The notes: a model not told the origin generated them from the letters alone. A stretch of DNA of 64,000 nt from Eledone cirrhosa (GCA_964016885.1 OZ024745.1:66712001-66776000), one strand, 5' to 3'; positions 28,078-43,764 are shown, counted from the first letter of the stretch. Translations and numbers: made by a program.

Positions 28078-28271
28078 TCCTTTGTCAGTGTTGAACAAAA
28101 GGGCAACGATGGTTGCTAAACACTGTACGGCTTAATTCGGGATGTTTGTTTATATATATGTTATATATATATATATATATATGTTAGTTATATATATATA
28201 TGTTATATATATATTAATTCGGGATGTTATGTATATATATATGTTGTTTATATATATATATAGATATGTTG

Positions 28272-28325
<54 letters not shown>

Positions 28326-28328
<3 letters not shown>

Positions 28329-28633
28329 TATACACTGAGGATGAAAAACTCAGAGCTGTATGGGAGCATCCCAAAAGTCAGCTCAAAAGTGACACAGAGG
28401 AGTCTGAGGTTAGCTGGACATGCTCACCGACATCCAGAGTTGACATTGCACTCAGTGCCCCTTTGGGAGCCCCTACATGTACACACTGGAAGGGGAAGAC
28501 CAAGGTTAACGTATGTTGATGCCCTAAGGACAGACACTGGTCTGTTGGAGACGCAGGACATGGCAGCGATAATGAGGGACAGAGACCGCTGGAGAGAACT
28601 CGTCCATGGATCTCGGGAATTTTACCCGCCTTA

Positions 28634-28636
<3 letters not shown>
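28326..28636 (+). mobile_element. RTE-clade LINE 3' fragment in (TA)n
   Basis: 'ELYG..KVS..V..R.LRLAGH..RH..LWEP..RGRPRLTYVD.L..D..RDRDRWR', a typical RTE C-terminus. Confidence 0.85.
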
Positions 28637-28721
<85 letters not shown>

Positions 28722-29713
28722 GAGGGGTGGATGAACGTAACCCACTCTCTGAACAAATGTGATAGGTATCCAGAGAAGAGCAGTCTAACATCATTGGCTG
28801 CCATTGATATGCAGGTTTTACATCAGAGTTTTCTTTCTAGAATGATCTCGTAACAAGAACTAGCAGTCCCTGAATCCCGGTGGATTAACAGCATGCACAC
28901 ACACATGCGCGCACACATGTGTGCACCTAGGAATATACATATACGCATACATCTATAGTTGCATCTATTCATTTAAAGATTGTGGTTTTTGATATTCATT
29001 GATATCATTTGCGTAGGTGTAGGGAAAATGTAAGAAATATTACATTAGACATCAGGCGTGCCTTTATCTGTATATATCTGTGTGAGGATGCGCATTTCAC
29101 TTGTTTCCAATGTCGTTTGAGCTGACATTGCTTATTTAAGTGTAGACGGAATCAAACATTATTGTCTATTAAATCAAGGCCTGTGCAGTTTCAAAATAAT
29201 CATTTAGTGTAAACCTACTTCAATGTTATACTTTTAAATATTGCTCCGAACTACCAAATCTATCTATCTATTGATCTATCTAGCTATCTGTCTGTCTGCC
29301 TTTGTCTCTCTCTATCTCTCACTCTCTCTCTCTCAATCTCTCTCTGTATCTCTCACTCTCTCCCTTCCATCTATCATTCTGTCAATCTATTTACACATAT
29401 GTGTTGGTGCGTGTTTGAGAGTTTATATGTCAGTCGGTTTGTATATCTGTAAGTATGTCTGTGATTGTTTGAAAGCGTTTATACATGGTGGATGTTTGCA
29501 CAAATATTTTGTCTCAAACGTCCTATCATGTCTCACTTTCATATGAAGGGGTTTTAACAAAAGTTTCACACACCCTTTTCGCTTCCTTTAAGTCTTACAC
29601 TAATAAACAGTTGTGTCAATGTTGTTTCTATATCAATCAAATTTTCTTATGTATATATAAATTTTCTTATATATATATATATATATATGTGTGCATGTGT
29701 GTGTGGGGGTGTA

Positions 29714-29744
<31 letters not shown>

Positions 29745-29752
29745 TATGTATA

Positions 29753-29901
<149 letters not shown>

Positions 29902-30121
29902 CGTTTCTGAATTTGTTTAGCAAGATTCTTTATCTGAAATCGTGTGTTGAAACTGATATTGTTATACTTTGGGAGGGTCATGTTGCCAATAAGAAACACG
30001 CGCACCAGATGCTTTCACTTCAGTTTATTATATATTTATAAATTTATAAATTTACAAATCTACAAATTTATAAATTTCTGGTCGGTTGGTTGGTTCCACA
30101 ACCAGATAGTTGTTTATATAT

Positions 30122-30166
30122 AGTCATAGTCCTTTCGTCACACACTCTTTGACCTCTTCAGTGACT
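30122..30166 (-). ncRNA. Hammerhead family C (mirror copy)
   Basis: Reverse complement of 31012-31056. Confidence 0.8.
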
Positions 30167-31011
30167 GGGGATTCCTTTCTTTGTTTCTGTGCCTTTCCTT
30201 TCTTCTGTCCTACGCCATTTTGTTTCTGTGTGTGTGTTGTGTGCTCAGTTTGCGCATGCACCACATCCGGGTGTCTGTGTGTGTTTGTGTTCATTTATCT
30301 ATTTGTTTATCTATTTACATGTTATTGGTTGGTTGTTTGTTCTATGTGTGTGTGTGTTTTCATTTTGTCCTTAATTGTAAGTTGTGATGTTGCTGTTCCA
30401 CTCATATTTTCTATTTAATTTTGGTTGTAATTCTTTTATGTTTATTGCCTTTGTAATTTGTCTAAACATTGCATCTTTTCTGTGTGTAGATTCTATTTTT
30501 ATTTCTATGTTCTCTAATTTACCCTTGTGTTCTATCTTAGCATGTTGGTAGAGTACAGATGATTCTTTATTATCTTGAAGGTCTCGCCTGGCGAGACCTT
30601 CAAGATAATAAAGAATCATCTGTACTCTACCAACATGCTAAGATAGAACACAAGGGTAAATTAGAGAACATAGAAATAAAAATAGAATCTACACACAGAA
30701 AAGATGCAATGTTTAGACAAATTACAGAGGCAATAAACATAAAAGAATTACAACCAAAATTAAATAGAAAATATGAGTGGAACAGCAACATCACAACTTA
30801 CAATTAAGGACAAAATGAAAACACACACACATATAGAACAAACAACCAACCAATAACATGTTAATAAATAAACAAATAGATAAATGAACACAAACACACA
30901 CAGACACCCGGATGTGGTGCATGCGCAAACTGAGCACACAACACACACACAGAAACAAAATGGCGTAGGACAGAAGAAAGGAAAGGCACAGAAACAAAGA
31001 AAGGAATCCCC

Positions 31012-31056
31012 AGTCACTGAAGAGGTCAAAGAGTGTGTGACGAAAGGACTATGACT
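31012..31056 (+). ncRNA. Minimal type-I hammerhead ribozyme, family C (extra nucleotide after A9)
   Basis: agtca CTGAAGA g gtca aagagtgtg tgac GAAA ggac TA tgact; perfect 5-bp stem I and 4-bp stem II. Confidence 0.82.
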
Positions 31057-31383
31057 ATATATAAACAACTATCTGGTTGTGGAACGAACCAACCGACCAG
31101 AAATTTATAAATTTGTAGATTTGTAAATTTATAAATTTATAAATATATAATAAACTGAAATGAAAGCAACTGGTGCGCGTGTTTCTTATTGGCAACATGA
31201 CCCTCCCAAAGTATAACAATATATATATATAGATGTATATATATACAAATTAAATTTTAAGTAAATAATCGCTCCTCTCACCTTTAACGGGATCTTCTGA
31301 AAGTATTTGCTCTACAGGTTTATATATATATATAAAATCCTTATCGAGCTCTTTTCGGATTTTAGTCTTCACATTTATTATTA

Positions 31384-31461
<78 letters not shown>

Positions 31462-31466
<5 letters not shown>

Positions 31467-31664
31467 AACAAGTATGACCCCGACGGCAGAGCTCAAGCCG
31501 TTTCGACGGCTATTTCTGGACTATTTCTGTCCAGAAATAGCCGTCGAAACGGCTTGAGCTCTGCCGTCGGGGTCATACTTGTTCCTCTTACCCACTCTAC
31601 TACCCTAAGTATTGAGTACTTTGGTGCGTTATGGTCCATCTGGTTCCTTAGAACGATTCCTTCG

Positions 31665-31668
<4 letters not shown>
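31462..31668. repeat. Family E short fold-back element in (TA)n
   Basis: Inverted 'ggaacaagt..accccgacggc.gagctcaagccgtttcgacggcta' arms. Relatives at 9500-9590, 14940-15020, 32410-32530, 40915-41035 and 57457-57640. Confidence 0.8.
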
Positions 31669-31709
<41 letters not shown>

Positions 31710-32041
31710 TATATAGTTTTGCGAGGTTTTTTATATGAAATCGTGTGTCGAAACAAATATTGTTATACTTATATTGTTATACTTATATTGTTATACTTAT
31801 ATTGTTATACTTATACAAATATTGTTATAAATAAATAAATACATACACAAACACAATAACAACAAGCACATAAACACACACTAGTCACCCATCACACAGC
31901 AAACAAAACATTACACACACGCAAACGCATGCGCAAAGAAGACACAATAAAATAAACAAACAAGCAAATAAATAACTAAATATATAGACAGACTGAATAA
32001 AAATGGTGTAGACATATAATACAACAGGAGGAAACGATAAC

Positions 32042-32083
32042 ACCACTGACGATGTTGCAGATGTGCAACGAAAGATTTATGGT
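32042..32083 (+). ncRNA. Minimal type-I hammerhead ribozyme, family C-like
   Basis: acca CTGACGA t gttgca gatg tgcaac GAAA gatt TA tggt. Decayed homologue at 63685-63726; lies within a PLE 3' repeat (31715-32290) shared with 51500-51680 and 63690-63980. Confidence 0.85.
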
Positions 32084-32285
32084 AAACTATATATATGTGT
32101 TTGTGTCTATATTGTATCTGTATTATTTTTTGACCGTCGGTCAGTCAATGGCAACATTGAGGACCGAGTATATTAGATTACCGATATAAAAGACACAGAA
32201 GCGAAAAGCGAAAACCAACCAAACAGTGAGTGTGTTCTGTTATTAATTCTGGCAATATTACACAAATATGACCCTCCCCAAGTAT

Positions 32286-32346
<61 letters not shown>

Positions 32347-32558
32347 CAACATGGATGCAGTAAATCCTGTTATACCATTACTCACCATAGAACTCGATAC
32401 TCTGTATAGTAGAGCGTGGTAATATGAAAGAGTCGGGACCCCAACGGTTTAGGTCTTGACGTTTCGACCGCTAGTTCTAACTAGCTGTTGAAACGGTAAG
32501 AGCTCAACCTTTGGATTCCCGACTTTTTCAGATATATATATGTGTGTGTGAGTGTGTG

Positions 32559-32650
<92 letters not shown>

Positions 32651-33065
32651 GCGTGTGCAAAAATGACGAAATATATTATTTTAACGCTTGATTTGGTAGG
32701 GAAAGTTTCTTAAAGTGTCGGACACTAATCATTCATCAGAAGATGTGTTTACTATTGAGAAAGTCTGTTTCCTTAAATGGTAAATTATATGTAAATCACA
32801 ACTGTCATTGACCATTTGCATCGACTCTAGTGCTTAATAAATAACGAATTGGAATGGCAGTATCGGCTGGGCGTCGGAAAATATGATTTGCGGCATAGAT
32901 TCACGTCACTTTACCTTCTGTCTTCTAATCCTGCCAAGGTTAGTATTTCCTTTCGTCCTTACTGGGTCGATAAAATAAAGTAACATTCATGCACTGGAGT
33001 CGTTTTAATCGACTTTTCCCTCGCCTAAAATTGCCTAAATCAGAGTCCATTATCATTACTGTTAA

Positions 33066-33110
<45 letters not shown>

Positions 33111-33256
33111 CAGCAGCAGCACTAACTGTACATAATCGATTGGTGTTGTTGTTATTAATGTTGTTTTACATAGGCCCACTTCAGCTCTTATTGAGTAAAA
33201 CCATGTTCAAAGAGACACAAACGCACAGACACACTCACACACACACACACACACAA

Positions 33257-33331
<75 letters not shown>

Positions 33332-36038
33332 TTACACGCATATATGTTCTAAGAGCTTTCCGATTTTTATAGAATGACGAAATAAAATGAACGGAATTAT
33401 AACCGGGAGAGCATTTGTTGTTGTTAGAGTCAACATGATTTGATTGTTGTTGTTGTTGTTGAAGCAAACGCAATTTAGAAATAATTTTGCTTTGGACTTG
33501 AAGTAGAATGCCCAACCTATAAAAGAATCCTGACTGATATTTCTCTTCTCTTTCCTTTCACATGTAGTTTGCATTATAATGTAACGTATGTTGAATAGAA
33601 ATATAGAACAGCTTAGTGTGAGTGAATGTGTTATAGGATGTATGTGGATGTGTTAGGAGTGGGTATGGTTACATGTATGTGTTAAGATGACGTAAGTGCT
33701 GGAGTACGTGTGTCTGTGGAGTAGTCTGTTTTAATGCTGGGTGACATTGAAATGTAATTTGAAAACATTCAACAATGTCATTGAGAGTCGAATATAGATC
33801 GAACGCTTTAAAGCGAAGTAAATTTTACGTCATTATTGACGTCATCGTCATCACCATCTTCGCCTTCAAACCTTCATCCCCCTCTTCTTCTCTCCTACCC
33901 TTTCTCTTGTTCCACTTCCTCTGGCTCTTCTTACCATCATTAGTAGAATTAATGAGTCACTGATAAATATCAGCTCCTAGAACACTAATATAATTAAAGA
34001 CAGAAAAAACAAAACAAGGAACAGGTCTGTCTTTCTCGACATGTTAAATGTTGTCATCAACAAATATTACTCAACAGGCTTATATATGTTTAGACACACA
34101 TCAGAGCCTTGATCGAGCAGACATTTAACCAAAGTTATTTTAATATCATCGGTTTTCTCGGTCGTAGTCAATCTGAAGGATTATCCAATTTGTTAATCCT
34201 TTATTTAAAGACAGTATTGTTGTATTCAAGCGAACTTTGGATACTATTTCTAGCAGATACAGAGAATATGTAGAGGCGTTATCAATGGCACGTTCATAAA
34301 GAACTTGCTGAAAATTGTGATCATATTTTGTATCAGTATTTTTAACACGCATGTTTCATTTCAATATGTGTCTCCCAAGTCAACTGCGCTCAAGTCATGT
34401 TCCTGATGATGTTCAGTGGGAAAATTGGCAGAGTCTTTCGAACGTCAGGGATGTCGAATATTTGTTCCGACTCTCGGTACCTTGCGTTTAAATCTAAACG
34501 AGATCAAATCCAGCTTATATTATTTGGGGGTCGAAAAATAAAATAACAATCCAGAGCGGAATTATGCAGTGCAACGGACGAGATTCTCTGTGACATTGCG
34601 TGTCATAACTTTATGAAGGCTTGTGCCAATCTCTGTATCATTCTTGCATACTATTAAATAACAACGTTGGCGTGGAGAGAGGTGTGTATGTGTATGGGCT
34701 AGTTTCACATAAAGTACATACTCCATGGAGAAGAGCCTTCCAGTTGAAGATCCATGGTTTTGCGAGTCATACTGTATACCCAAATGAACGAGTTGTGAAA
34801 CATATCTTCCTCTAAAAAAGAGGCTAGTTTAATTATTTATTCTGAAGTGTAATATAACATAGTATAAGTCATCCATAAGAACCATCTGTGTTGCCGTTCA
34901 ACCTTCTAGAAATAAAAGCCAAATTTCTTTAAAATCTAAAGTTATAAAGATACTGATATACTGAACAGTGCTCACACGCATAATAGAAGAATTGGTACTC
35001 TCTGTTAGGGCAATACTTCTATTACATCTGTTCAATTAAAGCTGGTGTAGTTAAATAGAAATAATATTCTTCATCACTGTAAGAATAGAACACAATACAC
35101 TGTACAACACTATATTATAAATGCATTGATAGGTGTATATAATACAATGTCTGTAAGATAGTAGAACCACTCTCAATCTTGACAGGACATTTAGCATCGT
35201 CTCATCTTGGCTAGCTATTCATTTTTCTATGGATAATCGCTGCTTAGAGCAGGATTATCTACCCGTTTAACAATTTGCTATGAACGACAAAACCTTGAAA
35301 CGATTCGCTCAATCTAACCGATCATGTTACCATGAAACCAACATAATATTTTCTAGTCACTTTTAACAGCGAATGTGTAGAAATAGACATAACTGATTGA
35401 ACGCCATTATAGCTCTACATATGCACACTGGGGTACAAAGAAGCAGAAACATACAAAGCCGAATTAAAACAGCTTGAAATATAACTGCTGACTGCTGAAT
35501 TTAACAGATTGATATTTGTTAGTCTTGCCAAATGAATAGAAAATACAAATAAAACCCAAACCCGTGTCAGCTGCTTCACAAGTTAGTTTAAGAAACTAAT
35601 TACACACCAATCTGCAACGTATACACTTTACAAAAATGTTGATCCTATTAAAATTATTTCCATTGGTAGTTGCATTTGGTTTTTACACACACCCAGACTG
35701 GGCGCTTATTTCTCCTAATTGCAAGGTTATTCTAAGGTACTTATGTTCGTCAAACCTCCAGCGAATGATGGAAAACTAAAAACCGGGAGTGTCGATTATT
35801 GTTGGAGAGGTTGCATTTGAGTTCGTAGTTAATTTCACAAAATTTCAACTGTTCAACATTAAATGCAGGGAGAGAACTAGTTGAAGTAGATGAAGAAAGT
35901 GTAAATTTAAATAGAACATAGATCATCTAGTGCTGATACAAGAGAGAAATCCTATATATATACGTAATATATATATATATATGTATATGTGTGTATATAT
36001 GTATGTACTACGTATGTATGTATATGTATGAATGTATG

Positions 36039-36090
<52 letters not shown>

Positions 36091-36709
36091 ACTTCTACTG
36101 TAGTAAAAGGGTATCCTTCCTATTAAAGCATCAGGATATTCTTGATGATTTCATATGGAGCAATCTGTTCTAGTGTTGTAGAAGTAATTTTCATATATAT
36201 AATTAAAATGCCTATAATCACTCTATGTATTGAGTATTTTATATACATATATATACTAACAGTAGTAATCGAAGCACTTTAAGAAGTTGTCTCTTTGTGA
36301 TTCATTTTTGGATGTATTTATTGAAGTGTCGTGTCTCTTGTATAAACTGGATGATCAGATACTTCAGAAATTCAGGACACTCTTTTACAGTTTGATGGTT
36401 GACTTTCCAGGCGTTTCTGTTTGTTTCCAGGCGTTTCCACATTTGTTCATTTTCCAATGTTGATCTATGCAAAAGCTGCAGTACTCCTTTTTATTGTCAT
36501 GAGAAAAAGCACACATCAACAGGTTCGTATATTATGTGGCTCGTGCTGGCAGTAGAACGGTATGTTTGATAGCATTTCATCTAATTTGCCATTTCTCCTC
36601 AGTTTGTTGTTCTCTTATAACGTAAGTGCTGTGGCTTTTATCATCATTCTATCTTATCGTTTATTTGTCATGCATTACAACAAAACCTATCTATCCATCC
36701 ATAAATATA

Positions 36710-36783
<74 letters not shown>

Positions 36784-36788
36784 TATAA

Positions 36789-36819
<31 letters not shown>

Positions 36820-36821
<2 letters not shown>

Positions 36822-36914
36822 CAATATGTTGAAAAGGTAACACATCAGAGAGAGATATACAATGCGTTATCAATAAAACAGGGTAAAATGTGTTACCTTT
36901 TCAACATATTGTAT
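36820..36914. repeat. 26-bp perfect inverted repeat (hairpin)
   Basis: tacaatatgttgaaaaggtaacacat ... atgtgttaccttttcaacatattgta. Confidence 0.9.
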
Positions 36915-36994
36915 TTTAAAGAGCTAAGGATCTCTTCTCATTTGAGCACATTATTTACAGGGAATAGTGAGGGCCTATGCCTCCGTTAATTTAT

Positions 36995-37065
<71 letters not shown>

Positions 37066-37206
37066 TAGATAGATAGATGTTGTATTGTCATGACAAATAA
37101 ACGATAAAATAGAATTATATATTATATATATATATATATATAGTTTTAATATAGATTATATTCGACAGGACTAGAACTGTTTCATTCTTTAGAAATAATC
37201 AGGAAA

Positions 37207-37252
<46 letters not shown>

Positions 37253-38094
37253 AGATTTGTGTTGCATGTGGATGTGCGTGTGCCTGTGTTTTTAATTTAA
37301 GTGAGAGTGAGGAGTAGTTTGAGGTGTAACTACAGATTTTAAGTGAAAGAGATCAACAGACAGACATTTTATATGGTTCTTAAGAATATGCGTGTGCGTG
37401 TGTGCCTGTGTGTATGTATGTGTATGTAATTAGGAATACAAATACACACGCATACACACATAAGTTGTCTAAGTGTGTGTAATGTAGTTTAGCAAATGTC
37501 ATAATCAAAGAATACATCCCACCTCTTTCGCTTTAACGCGTTTTCCCCTTTCTTTTTAAAATCTCAATAAAAATATTATCTCTTTACTTTTTTCCCTTTT
37601 TTCTCTTGATCTGTATCTCTCTTTCACTCTAACGATTACCTCTTATCTAAGATGTTCACTCTCATTATTTAGTCAATATTATTTCATTTCTCCTTCTGTA
37701 TTTCTCATTTCTCTTTTTTTATCTCTCTTCTCTATCCCTCGTCGTTTTTCTCTTTCGTTCTCTATCATATCCTCTCTCTTTATTTCATCTTATTCCTCTC
37801 TCTCTCATCCTATTTTTATTTCGAACTTTTCCCCTCGTGTTTTTTCTTTCTCACTCACATCCGATATCACGTTCTCTAGAGAAACGAACTTTGTTTTCAT
37901 ATGCATTCGGAAATATGTAAAATTGGGTTTAAATATATTGTTTGCCTTATAAAGCAAAATTATTTTTACCATTACTTGTCCGGTGAAGTAGTGATCATAT
38001 ATATCACGGCAAACTATTATTTCTCTAATTTCGAAGTACAACACGGACCCTGCCAGAAATGACTTTCCCTTATAGAAATAAACACACAGGCATT

Positions 38095-38366
38095 ATATAT
38101 GTTTATCACCTTCATCACCTTGACCAAACAGTCTGTCGGGCGCCAATGGGCGCTGCTGGTCACAGCACGTCGTGCTGTTTTAGCCATAAGATAACGCCAT
38201 CCCATTGGCTGGGCGGGCAGGCCGGTACTCATTTCTACAGCTGAGTAAACTGGAGCAATGTGAAATAAAGTGTCTTGCTCAAGGAAACAACACATCACCC
38301 GGTCCGAAAATTGAACTCACAACCGTTTGATTGCAAGCCCAATGCTTTAACCACTAAGCCACGCAC
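38095..38366 (-). mobile_element. SINE family 2-related copy
   Basis: Reverse complement: 'gcgtggcttagtggttaaagcattgg..gagttcaatt..ccttgagcaagacactttatttcacattgctccagtttactcagctgtagaaatgagtacc'. Confidence 0.75.
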
Positions 38367-38405
38367 CTTAACACACACACATACACACACACATATATAT
38401 ATATG

Positions 38406-39029
<624 letters not shown>

Positions 39030-39097
39030 TGTTTAAGCGTCAGTCATACAAAAGTGAGTTACAAACGAAACGAAATTTAATTTCGTTTCGTTATTTG

Positions 39098-40085
<988 letters not shown>

Positions 40086-40241
40086 TATATAACTGCTCTG
40101 TAGTACAACTGATGTTATTACATTGAGCTATTTATCTTACTGGTAATAAGGTAGTAATAAATTACTGACCTTCCCTGTTTATAGTTTGATATATACATAA
40201 CTATAAAAAGTTTAAAATATACATAACTATAAATAGTATCC

Positions 40242-40290
<49 letters not shown>

Positions 40291-40401
40291 GTACGTCAAT
40301 ACTCATCTTTTTCCATTTCTCCGAGGGTTCTTAACCCCACTATCAGGCTAAATAATTTCTTTAATTTCTTTAGTCAAAATACGGCGATAGCTAACATTTC
40401 T

Positions 40402-40432
<31 letters not shown>

Positions 40433-40496
40433 AGTATGTATACGTACATAGTGTCTAGCAACCATCGTTGCCCTTTTGTTCAACACTGACAAAGGA

Positions 40497-40539
40497 ACGC
40501 TGTACTAGTTTCAAGCTTATTAGCTATCGTCAGCAACGT
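40497..40539 (-). ncRNA. Minimal type-I hammerhead ribozyme, family A
   Basis: Reverse complement: acgttg CTGACGA t agct aata agct t GAAA ctag TA cagcgt. Stem I G.U is swapped to U.G relative to the other copies. Lies within family A unit 40430-40860. Confidence 0.88.
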
Positions 40540-41388
40540 ATACCGTCCTGCCAGATGATTGAACGTCTGAAAGTATATACTTTCCTTATGCATATTAACG
40601 GATGAACAGCCTAATTTGCATATCGAGTGAGTTACTCGGCTGGGGTACCGAAAACGATAAACGGAAAAAATGAAACGAAATTTCATTTGTTCACTCTTAG
40701 TACGGCTGTTACTTAAATATAAGTATGTACACGTACACACATATATGTCTACAGACATACAGTAGTATGTATATATATGTATATATACATGCACACATAT
40801 ATATATATATATATGTACGTATGGATTCACCGAACATTTATTATAATGCTCGGTGTGTTAGCGTTTGCCTGTTCTTCCGCAGTGCATCCAGTATATATAT
40901 ATATATATAGATATAGGAACCAGTAAGACCCCGACAGCTGAGCTCAAGCCGTTTCGACGGCTAATTCTGGACGCAAGTATTGAGTACTTTGGTGCGTTAT
41001 GGTCCACCTGGTTCCTTACCACATTTCTTCGTTATATATAGATATAGATATATATAGATATATATTCCTCATCACTCTTACTAAATCCGCAATCAGTATA
41101 TATATATATATATTCATATATTTGTATATATATATATATATATGTGTATGTATGCATGTATGAATGTATGTACGTATACAATTGAGGTTTAAGAGTATGT
41201 CTTTCATTTTGCAAAGTCCACTGCAAAGCATATTATGGCGGAAGGGTTTCTTAACACTACAGCTGATTCGGTTTTCATTCGCCTTATTACGAGGGAATAT
41301 ATCACATATTATTCAAATAAACTATAGTTAATAAATAGCAGAGGCGTTTGCAAAAAGCAAAATATATCTTTCAGTATATATATATACG

Positions 41389-41464
<76 letters not shown>

Positions 41465-41536
41465 TATACATACATATATATATACATATATATACATACA
41501 TATATATATATATACATATATATATATACACATGTA

Positions 41537-41614
<78 letters not shown>

Positions 41615-41690
41615 AATAATAATAAATTTGAAAACTAAAATCGAAAGAGTTATTTTAATTAATATATATATATATATGTGTGTGTATGAA

Positions 41691-41803
<113 letters not shown>

Positions 41804-41924
41804 ATATATATATATATATGGATGTATATATTCATAGATATATATGGATATAAATATATCCATATATATATGTATATGGATGTATATATTCATAGATATA
41901 TATGGATAAAAATATATATATATA

Positions 41925-42021
<97 letters not shown>

Positions 42022-42190
42022 TTCACATCAAACTTCAAGTATCTAAAATATTCAAACATTGTCTGATTGAACGAGCACTCAGTAATAGCCGCGAATTGGA
42101 ATGATAGAGATGAAGATATAAATAGGTAGATACATAGGCAGGTAAACATCTATATTGATAGGTACGTAGGTAACCTGGTAGTTAAGGTAT

Positions 42191-42271
<81 letters not shown>

Positions 42272-42273
<2 letters not shown>

Positions 42274-43260
42274 CTTTCTTTTTATTTGCCACCAGGGCAT
42301 CAAAGGTGGGACAAGTACGAAGGGGAGAGTTTACATGCAAAGGCGTCCTCAATATGGAGGAGGCAATAACAAGATATAAAAGTATAAAAATAAAATAAAA
42401 TATAACAAAATAAATTTTATAACAAAATCCTCAATAGGGAGGAGGCGCCTTGGGGGGTCGAACACACCCCCGAAAAAAAGTGTGCAACCCTTCTCCTCAG
42501 GAGCACAGAGAGGGGGTGCTCCCTTGGTCTTTCATCTTCCTCACCTATAGTCTGATAGAGTGAAGGCCCATTCGCACGGGCCATTCTAGCCACTTTCACC
42601 CATCTTTCATAAAAACGGCTGGGGTGCAGCACCTCTCTCTCCATCCTGATCCTTGTTCCGAAATGATATCGGAAGAAACGGACCAGTTGTTGGCCAGAGA
42701 GAAAGGTGTCTGACCTCAGTCCTTTCAGACGCGTCCACCATACAACCTCTTTCGCCATGGCTATTACGCACAGAAACACCGCCTCTCCTTCGTTTTTGAA
42801 GAGGGCAGGCGGCTTGATCGTTACAATAGACTCGGTGGTCAACCGGATCGGTCCCACCCTTGACAGCAGTTGTTCGACATAGCCCCACAGATCGGCAATG
42901 CCCGAGCAGTGTACCAAAGCGTGTGCAACGGTTTCCTCGTCGCACACGCATCTGGGACAGATCTTTTTCGAGGGGTCCCTACCCGGGCGCCCGTGTCTGT
43001 AGAGCCTTTCTCGAACGGGCAGAGCCCTTCTGTAGCACTGCCAGGCCAGGGTCCTCTGGAAGGTATCCATGGGTCCCGGGCTGAATCTCCTACCGAACAG
43101 GTTGGCCAGTTCGTCTTCCTCCATGCCTAGGGCTTCTCCGGGGGCGTCGACGCACCTGCTAACCACCAGCCCTCTATAGAATGACGAGGTGGATTCTCCA
43201 CTGATAGCCGGGTCCGCCTGCCAGAGAGCCGTGAGAACCTGGGCACACTCGGTGTGCCAG
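42272..43260 (-). mobile_element. 5'-truncated Tx1/L1-clade LINE (ORF2 C-terminal zf-RVT/CCHC)
   Basis: ORF 42417..43166 with 'LAWQCYRRALPVRERL..CPRC..DEETVAHALVHC..LW..AKEVVWWTR'. A-rich tail; (GATA)n on both flanks. Confidence 0.88.
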
Positions 43261-43637
43261 ATAGATAGATATGCTTTCCGGCTACAAATGTGTATGTGTT
43301 TTGCTGTTTGCTCACGGAATATTTTTTAAGCATCTCTATTTTCCATCGTTTTAGTATATCAGTGTGTTGCTCTTTTCCTATACAGGTCTCATTCTCTATT
43401 ACAGTGTTTCATTTGTTTTCGTCTTTGACTCGATTTCATTTTATATTTGAATTACTTTATTCATGTGAGATTAATTTTATTAAAATATATCTTACATTTC
43501 ACAAATCATTACACTCTGGATATATTGAATTATATGGAAACAAACTATGACTAGAATATTTAATAAAATTGTGATTAGGAGCGTTAAAAATACTACGACG
43601 TTATGAAGGTTGAAATGAAGCAAAGAGAAACTACTAT

Positions 43638-43657
43638 ACTGGTACCACCACCAATAT

Positions 43658-43689
<32 letters not shown>

Positions 43690-43716
43690 ATACTGCTACT
43701 ACTACTACTACTACTG

Positions 43717-43760
<44 letters not shown>
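43638..43760. repeat. (CTA)n/(CTG)n trinucleotide repeat
   Basis: Direct inspection. Confidence 0.95.

Positions 43761-43764
<4 letters not shown>

Larger units (their letters stand above)
27030..28150. mobile_element. Family A array: about 1.3 units on the minus strand fused to about 1.3 tandem units on the plus strand
   Basis: HHR motifs at 27146 (-, core deleted), 27542 (-), 27621-27650 (+, 3' half only) and 28035 (+). The unit sequence restarts after 28071. Confidence 0.9.
29956..31222. mobile_element. 1267-bp near-perfect palindrome: fold-back of a 5'-truncated PLE (GIY-YIG tail, 3' UTR, HHR)
   Basis: Centre at T30589 (gaaggtctcgcc-t-ggcgagaccttc), 633-bp arms, mirror ORFs 30371..30619 (-) and 30559..30807 (+) with 'SSVLYQHA..H..RQITEA..I...PKLNRK.EW'. 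Confidence 0.95.

Noticed and set aside
37168-37208. Minus-strand CTGATTA t ttct aa agaa t GAAA cagt TC
   Set aside because: G8 lost and stem I does not pair.
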